Source: Candidatus Eiseniibacteriota bacterium
GTDB lineage: Bacteria; Eisenbacteria; RBG-16-71-46; CAIMUX01; VGJL01
Assembly: GCA_041946735.1 (NCBI GenBank)
Contig: JBHGAY010000003.1
Coordinates: 64,001 to 128,000, forward strand
Length of the DNA: 64,000 bases
Direction of reading: 5' to 3'
A program made the position numbers and the translations under genes. The notes under the pieces are model-generated. The model searched no databases, was not told the origin of the DNA, and saw only the letters and a program-made list of their open reading frames with translations. This document shows positions 49,293-58,300 of the stretch, in pieces. Positions within the stretch are counted from its first letter, which is position 1; each line of letters opens with the position of its first letter.

Positions 49293-52200
49293 GCGCGCCC
49301 GCCTTCCCGACGATCGGCTTCGTCGAGCGCATCGTCGAGCGGGAGGTCGAAACGTTCCAGCCCGTCGATCGGCCGGGACCTCGGCGGGTTGTATTCGGGG
49401 TCGGTCCTGCAGAGGACGGAGAAATCGCAGAAGTCGCACGGCGGCCGCGAGCCTGCCTGCGCGGGCGCGACGTCGATGCACCCGGCCGCCATCGCCCGCC
49501 CGAAGAGGCCGAGCAGGCGGCGCGCCTGCCCGAGGAGCCGCTCGAGGTCGGCGCCGTCGGCGATCCTCGAAGACTTGCGCGGCTGCGAGAGGACCGAAAG
49601 GCCGCCGTCGATCTCCGCGCGGATCGTCTCCGGCAGCAGCCCCGTCATCCGCAGTCCGAAGTTGCGCTCCGCCCTCTGCTCGAGGGTCGGCCTGGGCAGC
49701 ACGGGAACGTACAGCGCGCCGGCCGGCCGGAACCCGAGCACCTCTGCGGCGAGGAGGTAGACGGCGAGCTGCAGATCGAAGCCGTCGAGCAGGTCGTCGC
49801 GGCGGCCGCGCCGCTGCGCGATTCGCGACTTGTAGTCGAGGACGATGGCCTCCGGTCGAGTGGCCCCCGGTCGCGCCTCGTCCGGTCGCGCCTCGTCCGG
49901 TCGCGCCTCGTCCGGTCGCCCCTCTTCCTGTCGCGCCGCCGCCGAGCGCCCGTCCTCCTCGCTCTTCGTCGCTTCTGCCGGCCGCGCGTCGAGCCGGTCG
50001 ATCCTCCCTCGCAGGTAGAGGCGCGAAGAACCCCCGATCGGGATCGCGAGCGCGTTCTCCTCGGTCGTCCCGAAGTCCAGCTCGTACTCGAGCGGACGGA
50101 ACGGGCTGCGCTGCTCCCGGAGAGTCTCGACGTCGAGGAACCGCAGGATCTGCGTGCCGGTCGTGCGCAGGCGGACGCGGCCGGCCGGCTCGGTCCGGAA
50201 TGCGGCGAGGTCCGGCTCCTGCGCGATCCGCTCCAGCAGCTCGTGGAGGCGCCGCTGCCGCTCCGGCGGATCCTGCTCGTGCACGCGCGCCCTGTAGAGC
50301 AGCTCGAGCGCGCGATGGGCGAGAATCCCGGTCGCGATCGGCGTCAGGGCCGCGCGAGGCCGGGGGCGCAGGCGCAGCACGTCCCCCGCAAAGTGCCGGT
50401 AGGGGCAAAGCGCGAACGCTTCGAGCCGGCTTGCGCTCGCGTAGAGGTGATCGCCGCGCTCATGCGCGCGTAGCAGCTCGGGCGGGACGGTCGGGCGGTT
50501 CGCATAACCGAAGACCCGCGCCGCCGGCGCGAGCGTGGCGCGCAGATCGGGCTGCCGCGGAGCGCGGACGATCCTGTTGTAGGCGGCGAGCACCCGGCGG
50601 TCGCGCACGGCCGCGGAATCGGCAGGTGGCTCGGGCGGGCGCCCGCGGAGCCGCTTGTCGAGCCGCAGGGCCAGGTAGGCGCCGATCCGCGAGGCGAGAT
50701 CCTGCGGAGTCTGCGCCTCCCGCAGATCGGCCGGATCTTCCTCGATCCGCGGAACCTCCTCGACCAGGCCGGGGCAGGACCGCGTCAGCTCACGCAGGAA
50801 GGGGGACGGCTCGATCGATCGTCCCTCGGAATCGGAGGCGGGACGGGTCAAGAGCACCGCGTCGGTCGCCCGGGTCATCGCGATATAGAAGAAGTACGCC
50901 TCCTCCTCCTGCCGAAGCGTGTCGGGAGGCCCGAGGGTCAACCCGAGGCTCGAGAGAAGCTCGCGCTCGCGCGGCTGGAAGAAGCGGTCCGTGCCGACCG
51001 CCCGGGGGAAGTCCGCCGAGAGGCCGCCGACGATCACGCGTCGCGCCTCGCCGACGCGCGACCTTTGCACCTCGGCCACTGTGACGGGACCGAGACGCGA
51101 CGGCGTCCGCCCGAGGCGGAGCGAAGCCAGTCCGGCCGCGGCGAGATCGGCGAACCCGTCGATCGTGAGGCGCCGCTCGCCCGCCTCGCTCGCGATCTGG
51201 TCGAGCACGTGCGCGACCGCCGCCGCTTCGCGCGCGCTGTCCGGGTCGCGGGGCAGCCGCCTCGCGATCCCCGTCTCGTCGATCCAGGCGCGCAGCGTCG
51301 CCACCGCGGCGGCTCCGTCGAGCCCTCCCTCCCACGACTCCTCGAGGCGGCGCAGCGGTTGCAGGCGCTCGCGCCGGACCCGGTTGGCGATCCTCGTGCG
51401 CACCTCCTCGAGACGCTGCGCGGCCTGCACGTTGCGGCTCTCGATCTCCTCGCGGTCGGTCCCCGCTTCCCCTTCGCAGATCCCCTTCGTTTCGGGACGG
51501 TCGGGCGGCGCATCCTCGCGGACACGGAAGTAGCGCGTGCGGGGAGGCAGGATGCGTGGCAGCCAGTCCGGCCCATGCCAGTCGCCGTGGTCGTATCCCG
51601 CTTCGAGCGCGAGGTTGTCGAGCAGGTCGACGTCCGGCGGCGCCGCGCCGAGCAGCGGCGATCGGAGCAGGGCGAGCACCGACTCGCGCGACCACCGGGA
51701 GCGGAGCACCTGCAAGGCGTCGAGGATCGTGCGGATCAGGGGCCTCGCGGCCAGGTCCCAGTCGCGATCGACGAAAACCGGGATGCCGAAGCGGGCGAAC
51801 GTCGTCTCGAGAATCGGCCGGTAGCGCTCGAGATCGCGGATGATCACCGCCACCTCGTCGGGACGAACCGGATCGGGATCGAGCCGCGTCCAGGCGTCGA
51901 TGCGGCGCGCCCAAATCTCCACCTCGTGAGCGGGATCGCGCGCGACGAAGATGGGCAGGGCGATTTCCGCGCGCCCGGCCGCCTGCCCCGCACGGCTCTC
52001 ACGCCCCGCTTCCGGCGCGAGCAGCGTCCGCTCGATCGCGGCCAGCGACCGGTTCCGGAAGCGGCGGGCGGCCGGAAGGTCCACCCGATCGACGGCGGCG
52101 CCGGCGGCTCGGAATCGAGCGGAGATCTCGAGGAAGGTGCGCAGCGGCGCGAGGAAGACCGGGCGGTCGACGGCGCGCAGAAACGCCTCCGGCCAGCGCG

Positions 52201-53014
52201 GCAGGCGGAAGGCGGGTGGCTCCGGCCTTGGCATTCCGGGGAACGCCAGCGCCACGTCCGCGAGAGAGGGATCGCAGGCGATCGCGATCGACACCCTGGC
52301 CCCCGCGCGCACCAGCGCTTCGAGCACCTCCGCTTCGAGTCGGGTGAAGGAGAGAAAGCCGTCGACCTCCACCGGGATGTCCTTGAAGCGAGCCGCGCCG
52401 GCCGCAATTCGCTCGGGCGTAACTTCGAGCGCTCGCTCCGGATCCCGCAGGCCGCGACGCTCGAGTTCCGCCTCGTAAGCGTCCCGCAGCGCGAGCAGCG
52501 CCTCGAGCTTCCGATGGAGCGCCGGCGACATCGATGGCGCGGCGCTCCCGCCGAGCCAACCGCGCGCCTCTTTCCCCCCTTCGAAACGCAGGTCGCGGAG
52601 CACGGCGGCGAGAGTTTCCAGGAAGCCGGGACGGTCGAGCACCGCGACGAACGGCGCTCGCAGCCGTGGCTCGAGCCGATCCAGAAGCGCGCGCAGAAGC
52701 AGACGCCGCCCGGAGCGGTCGAGCGTCCGCCTCGCGGCGTGCGAGGCCGGCTCGAGCTCCAGGGCGAGCCGCTGGAAGGAAAGCACCCGGGCATGGCGCG
52801 CGGCCACCGGCCCCGGGGGCTCCAGAAGCTGGCGGTCCGCGAGGAACGTCGACTGCTCCGGCACCAGGGCGAGCGCGGGCAATCCGGCCGCCTCGCGCTC
52901 CCGAAGCGCGGCGATCGCGGCCGCGGTCTTGCCGCTTCCCGCGGGTCCCAGCCGCAAGGTCACCGGGTGGATTCGCTCCCCACGGATGGGCTCGGTGGTG
53001 CCTTCCCTCGTCAT
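49289..53014 (-). CDS. addB: Helicase-nuclease AddAB subunit B (PD-(D/E)xK nuclease with Fe-S cysteines)
   Basis: GPAGSGKT, LVPEQ, SASRLE...CPYRHF, GRIDRLD, LDYKS, LQL..Y and CDFCDFSVLC; ATGA overlap with addA. Confidence 0.9.
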   Translation of the reverse strand: MTREGTTEPIRGERIHPVTLRLGPAGSGKTAAAIAALREREAAGLPALALVPEQSTFLADRQLLEPPGPVAARHARVLSFQRLALELEPASHAARRTLDRSGRRLLLRALLDRLEPRLRAPFVAVLDRPGFLETLAAVLRDLRFEGGKEARGWLGGSAAPSMSPALHRKLEALLALRDAYEAELERRGLRDPERALEVTPERIAAGAARFKDIPVEVDGFLSFTRLEAEVLEALVRAGARVSIAIACDPSLADVALAFPGMPRPEPPAFRLPRWPEAFLRAVDRPVFLAPLRTFLEISARFRAAGAAVDRVDLPAARRFRNRSLAAIERTLLAPEAGRESRAGQAAGRAEIALPIFVARDPAHEVEIWARRIDAWTRLDPDPVRPDEVAVIIRDLERYRPILETTFARFGIPVFVDRDWDLAARPLIRTILDALQVLRSRWSRESVLALLRSPLLGAAPPDVDLLDNLALEAGYDHGDWHGPDWLPRILPPRTRYFRVREDAPPDRPETKGICEGEAGTDREEIESRNVQAAQRLEEVRTRIANRVRRERLQPLRRLEESWEGGLDGAAAVATLRAWIDETGIARRLPRDPDSAREAAAVAHVLDQIASEAGERRLTIDGFADLAAAGLASLRLGRTPSRLGPVTVAEVQRSRVGEARRVIVGGLSADFPRAVGTDRFFQPRERELLSSLGLTLGPPDTLRQEEEAYFFYIAMTRATDAVLLTRPASDSEGRSIEPSPFLRELTRSCPGLVEEVPRIEEDPADLREAQTPQDLASRIGAYLALRLDKRLRGRPPEPPADSAAVRDRRVLAAYNRIVRAPRQPDLRATLAPAARVFGYANRPTVPPELLRAHERGDHLYASASRLEAFALCPYRHFAGDVLRLRPRPRAALTPIATGILAHRALELLYRARVHEQDPPERQRRLHELLERIAQEPDLAAFRTEPAGRVRLRTTGTQILRFLDVETLREQRSPFRPLEYELDFGTTEENALAIPIGGSSRLYLRGRIDRLDARPAEATKSEEDGRSAAARQEEGRPDEARPDEARPDEARPGATRPEAIVLDYKSRIAQRRGRRDDLLDGFDLQLAVYLLAAEVLGFRPAGALYVPVLPRPTLEQRAERNFGLRMTGLLPETIRAEIDGGLSVLSQPRKSSRIADGADLERLLGQARRLLGLFGRAMAAGCIDVAPAQAGSRPPCDFCDFSVLCRTDPEYNPPRSRPIDGLERFDLPLDDALDEADRREGGRA

Positions 53015-53242
53015 CGGAGCCGCTCGCAATTCACGAACGCCAGTTTAGCGGATCGTGGGGTGACAGGGGATGACGCACCCCTGCGCCCGCGGTTATTCTC
53101 GCCGGTTCGCACGTAGGCGAGGCGGGCGGCGGCCGGCGACCGCCGAGCGACGGCCGGGCGAGCGCTGGAGCGGCCGGGCGGGCCGCGAACCGGCGTGCGC
53201 CGCGAGGCGCCGGGAACCGAACTTCCGGACGAGGAGGACACG

Positions 53243-53740
53243 ATGACCGAAATCGATCGCATCGTCGATGAGTTGACCCGGGTGTACGACGGCGAACCAT
53301 GGCACGGTTCGCCCGTGCGCTCCCTGCTCGAGGGGGTCGACTTCGCGGCGGCCGCTGCGCGTCCGATCGCCGGCGCCCACACGATCTGGGAGTTGGTCCT
53401 TCATCTGACCGCCTGGACCGCCGAAGCGCGCCGGCGAGTCGAGGGCGGCGAGCCGGCCGTGCCGGCGGAAGGCGACTGGCCGCCGATGCCGGAGGACCTC
53501 GGCGCATCCGCCTGGAGCGCAGCTCTCGCGAAGCTCGACGCTTCGCATCGCGACCTGCTTCGCGCGGTCCGCTCCTTCCCGGAGCAACGAGTGGACGAGG
53601 AGGTAGGGAGGCGGCGCGACCGAGCAGCGGGGACGGGGGTGAGTTACGCCGTCCTTCTACACGGGGTCTCGCAACACGACGCCTATCACTCCGGCCAGGT
53701 CGCGATTCTGAGGAAGGCGCTCGGGCACCGGTTCGGATGA
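53243..53740 (+). CDS. DinB-family protein
   Basis: GAGGAGG RBS; WHG, HTIWELVLHL and HDAYHSGQ. Confidence 0.88.
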   Translation: MTEIDRIVDELTRVYDGEPWHGSPVRSLLEGVDFAAAAARPIAGAHTIWELVLHLTAWTAEARRRVEGGEPAVPAEGDWPPMPEDLGASAWSAALAKLDASHRDLLRAVRSFPEQRVDEEVGRRRDRAAGTGVSYAVLLHGVSQHDAYHSGQVAILRKALGHRFG

Positions 53741-53970
53741 TCGGCGCCCTGGCCTGAATCCCCGCCGCTCGAGTATGAACGCCGCGTTCGCCAAACTTGA
53801 CGTTCGCCAATCGGCGAAATGTTCGGCTGCTGGAAGCAGGTCGCTGCCCGCCGAGCGCACGCAGCCGAGGGCGCGGAGGTCGTCGGCGGGCGGTCTCCTC
53901 CCACACGCGATCGCTTGCATGCTTGCCGGCGCGCGGCGGGCCTCGATAGGTTCGATCGTTTCCTCCGCTC

Positions 53971-55212
53971 TTGGGACTGGTGGCCGCGCCGGCAGGGGCG
54001 AGCCGCAAGGGGATATCGGAAGCCGAGGAGCGTTTGGCAAGACGGACTCCAACTCGAACTCGAGCTCGGACGGTCGCGGAGATATCGCGGGCGAGACGCT
54101 CGACGCCCAAGGCAGTCGCGACTCCCGCGGATGCTTCGTCGCTGGCCGGGACCACCGATCCGATCTGGCTGCGCAGTCGCCGATGGGATCTGACGTGGAT
54201 CATCGGGTCGTGCATTCTGATCCTCCTGCCGATCTCGATCTATGGACTCTTTCCCGACGATCGGACGCGGGTCGCCCTGAACCTCGCTGTCACGCTCTTC
54301 GTAGGTGGTCCGCACATGTACGTGACCGCCACGCGGACGGCATGGGAGCCACGATTCCGCGCGGCTCGCGGCACCCTGATGATTGCGGGCGCGATCGCGA
54401 TCCCGGCGATCGTGATCACCCTCTCCATCCACTCCTACGTGTTGCTTCTGACGCTGTTCTTCGGGTGGGCGGGCTTGCACATCCTGCATCAGGCCTTCTA
54501 CCTCACCCGGTGCTACGGGGAACGCGGGGCGCTGGCGGGAAGGACCGGCTGGCGGTGGCTCGACTACGCCTTGATCGGCTCGTCCCTCTATCCGGTCGCC
54601 CTCTACAAGATGGTGAACGGCACGTTCGCGATCGGCCCGACCAAGACGATCTTTCCGGAGTTCCTGCGCGTGCCGGCCGTCTACATCGCAGCCTTCGCTC
54701 TCTTCGCGGCACTGTTCGTGCTGTTTACGGTGCGCGTCATTCGGGACGCTCGTGCGGGAAGGGCCAACTGGCCGAAGACCTGTTTCGTCTATGCGACGGC
54801 GATCGGTTCCTTTTCGGTTTCGCTCTTCGACAATCTCGACACGTCCTTCCAGGGATTCAACACCTGGCACTCGCTGCAATATCTCGCCCTCACGTGGCAC
54901 ATCCATCGTGTTCGGGATCAGCGCGGAGATCTGGAAGGGAGATTCGTTCGCCGGCTCGTCCAGGGGCGCTCGATGTGGCCCGGTTACGCGATGCTCGTCG
55001 GAATGACCCTGATCGCCGGCGGCCTCGTCGTGCTCGTGAAGGCCGGCTCCGGCTTCTCGATCGATCGCAGCTACTACGCGGTCGTGCTCTCTTTCCTCCT
55101 TATCCACTATTTCCTCGATCATTTCCTGTTTCAGAGTGACGAGGGAGCGCTGCGCGGGCCGGCCGATGCGTTCGCGAACCGAGCGACCGGGATGGTGCCG
55201 CGCGCGCGCTGA
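53971..55212 (+). CDS. Uncharacterised multi-pass membrane protein with conserved-looking His motifs
   Basis: About 9-10 hydrophobic segments; PHMYVTATR, WAGLHILHQ, WHSLQYL and HYFLDH. Start uncertain. Confidence 0.75.
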   Translation: MGLVAAPAGASRKGISEAEERLARRTPTRTRARTVAEISRARRSTPKAVATPADASSLAGTTDPIWLRSRRWDLTWIIGSCILILLPISIYGLFPDDRTRVALNLAVTLFVGGPHMYVTATRTAWEPRFRAARGTLMIAGAIAIPAIVITLSIHSYVLLLTLFFGWAGLHILHQAFYLTRCYGERGALAGRTGWRWLDYALIGSSLYPVALYKMVNGTFAIGPTKTIFPEFLRVPAVYIAAFALFAALFVLFTVRVIRDARAGRANWPKTCFVYATAIGSFSVSLFDNLDTSFQGFNTWHSLQYLALTWHIHRVRDQRGDLEGRFVRRLVQGRSMWPGYAMLVGMTLIAGGLVVLVKAGSGFSIDRSYYAVVLSFLLIHYFLDHFLFQSDEGALRGPADAFANRATGMVPRAR

Positions 55213-55313
55213 GCGCGGAGGCCGAGTGGAGGCCGGATGAGGTCCGCCCACCGGCCGACGACGTGACATCCGCCGGTTGGGTTTTCTCGCGCGGGAAGTA
55301 GGAAATCCCCTAC

Positions 55314-55353
55314 GCGGAAAGGGCCGGCGGATCTTTCCGCCGGCCCCTTCCGC
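55314..55353. terminator. Long hairpin between convergent genes
   Basis: GCGGAAAGGGCCGGCGGA / TCCGCCGGCCCCTTCCGC near-perfect stem. Confidence 0.7.
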
Positions 55354-55386
55354 GCCTCTCTGCGCCTCCATTTCTGCGGGCGACCG

Positions 55387-58300
55387 TCAACGTGTGCGGA
55401 CGATGGCGAGGCTCCTCTCCGATTCCCGAGTCGCCACGCGAACGAAGTAGATGCCGGCTCCGACGCGTCTGCCGGCTTGGTCGAGGCCGTCCCAGGCGAT
55501 CTCTCTCGGTCCCGCCTCCAAGACGGCGGGCGGCTCGAGGCGGCGGACCAGCCGGCCGGCCACGTCGTAGATCGAGAGCCGGAGCGGACCGCCGGACGGC
55601 GCCTGGAATCGCAGCGAGGTCGACTCGCGGAATGGGTTCGGCGCCGCTGTGAGGCCGCGCGCCGGGCCGCCCGCGTCGGCCGACTCCTCGATGCCGGAAG
55701 CGGCTCCCCCGTAGACGGTCTGGGCGGCGTCCGCGTTCTGCTCCAGCTCGGCCAGGCTCGACGCGCCGGCGATCGCGAAAGCCACCGCCGTCTCCGAGCC
55801 GGCCGAAAGGTCGAACGGTCCGACGGCGACGAGCAAGCCATAGTCCGCCGGGTTCGGACCGGCGGCGAGCACGTGCGCCGGGTCGGCGGCCGACAGAAAG
55901 GCGTACTTGTCCGCGTCGGGAATGTACTGGTTCGCATAGACGAAGGTCGCGTTGTCGATCAGGGTCAGGTTGGAAGGAGCGACGCCGGGCGGAAGAGGGT
56001 CGAGTAGCCGGATACCTGCGTGGACGCCGCCTGGATCGGTGATCCACGCGAGGCGGCGGCCGCCTTCCGTCCCGGCGACGTCGTCGCTCCCGTCGCCCCG
56101 CATATCCGGATCGACGAAGAGCCCGAGGTAGAGGCCGTTCAGCGGTCCGTTTCCCTCGTTCGCCACCCGGTAGCGGACGATCACGAAGTCGTCCTGCGCC
56201 GGAGGCGCCGAGTAGGCGAACGACTCCTGAGTCACGACAGTGCCATGCGACTGGCCGGTCGCGGTGTCGGCGTAGCGCCCGAGAATTGTCTGCATGGAGC
56301 CGGTATTCGAGACCTGGATCCTCCCGTCCGGGCACGCGGCCGGCTCCCATTCGCGCGCCGGATCGAGATCGTAGTCCCGATTCGCGACGTATCCAGCGTC
56401 CACGCCGATCCAGAGGCCTCCGATGTAGATGTGATTCGTTCCGCCCGCGCTCGGGTAGACGAAGCCCGAGCCTGCCTGGTGGCTCCCGTCGAGGAAACCG
56501 AGGACTCCCTGGTCGGTCACCGTCAGAAGCGCGGCGCCGACATCGTGGTCCGCGAGATCAGGACGGTTCGGCGGGCAGACATTCGGCGTGCAGTCCGTCC
56601 CCGCCCCCTGGAACTGGCCAGCTCGCGACACGCAAACCGGAGCGAGCAGCACTTCGCAGCAGCCGTCCTCCAGGCAGCACGCGCCGGAGATCGCGCCGCC
56701 CGCCTGCACGACGACCACCGTTGAGTCCCGGCCGGTCGCCCCATTCCAGTCCTGCGCTTCGAAGACGATCGCGTAGCTTCCGGCGTCACCCGAGCCGGTC
56801 GTCCACTCGAACGTTCCCGTTCCGGCCCCGTCGTCCGTGAACGCCGCGCCCCCCGGGATCGGCGCTCCCTTCAGGAAGAGGCGGTCGAAGTCCGGGTCGG
56901 TGGCGACGACATCGAAGTCCACGGGATCCCCTTCGACCGCGAAGATCGAGTCGGGCGCGGAGACCGCGGGCGGCTGGTTCGTCCCTCCGTCCTGGATCCC
57001 GGATATGTTCGTGAACTCGTCGAGCGTGCGCACGCAGAAATGGTGGTCGCCGCTCGAGAGATCGTGGACGGCGAGCGTCGCCGCGTTGCCCGGCGGGTCC
57101 GGCACCGGCAGCGTCGCGACCATGTCCGGGGCGACCCACAGAGCATGGCGCCAGTTGGAGGCGTCGATCGGGTACGGTCCGTAGCGAATGTTATAGGTCT
57201 CCGCCTGGCGGATGGCCTGGTCGTCGCCGGGCGCCGTCCAGGCGAGCTGTGCTCGACCGTGGCCCAAGGGTGTCACGGTCGCCGTCGCATCGCCCGGCCG
57301 GATACGGTCGATCCCCCAGACGACCACGTTGTCGATCTTCCAGTCCTGGTAGTTCGGGAGCGGCGTTCCGCAAGGATCCCCTGGCAACGTGACGAGGCGG
57401 ATTTCGATCGACCGGTAGTCGTCCCCGCACCAGGGCGTGAGGTCGAACGACTCGTGGAGCACCGGCGCGCAGGGCGGCTGCGGGAGCGGATCGTTGTACA
57501 AGGCGAGTCCCGTTTCCTCGACCATCCCGTTCGCCCGCGTCGCGTGGACCATCACCTGCCCGGTCGTCATCTCGACCCCCGAATGATCGAATTCGAGCGT
57601 CGCCTCCGTCAGCTCCCGCAGATCGAAGGACGGGGTCGCGAGAGCGGCGAACTGGTCTCCGGAGTAGCCGGGAGCGTACACCTCCGCGCACATGTAGCCG
57701 TTGGGGGGAGCATCGGGCGGGAAGGCGGGATGGCAGGTCCAGGGCTGCGACCCGTCGTACCAGAGCCAGACCGGACACGACTGGATCGTGCTCATGTAAC
57801 CGCGGTCGCGGTCGAACATCTCCACGAAGTTCAGGATCCTCGTGTCCTCGACCTCGCCGTACTCCGCGACCGCGTCGTCTTCGGCGAGGGTGTCGTTCCA
57901 TGTGATCCGCGTCCGAACGTTCAGGAACGCATCGGGCGCCGCGCCCTGCACGTGCCAGGCGATCGGGTCCGCGGGGACCGGGATGTGGATGTCGTAGGTG
58001 TGGCAGGGATCGGTCCACGTGCGCGGGTCGACCGCCATGTTTTGGACGACCCAGTCGTCCTGCTCGTCGTAGTCGTCATCGCTTCCCCAGTCGAACCAGA
58101 CGTTCAGATGGAGCTGCCCCTGGTCGTAACGGATGCTGTGCTCGTTCTCGACGCAGACGCGCACTTGGATGCGACCGGTCTGCCCCGGAATGTACGGAGG
58201 GAAGAAGGTGACCCCGTCGTCGAAGGCGTCCGATTCGCGGTCGGCGGCCGCGTCGACGTTCGCTCTCCCGTCCGGGTCCTTCGGATCCGTCTCGCCGGTT

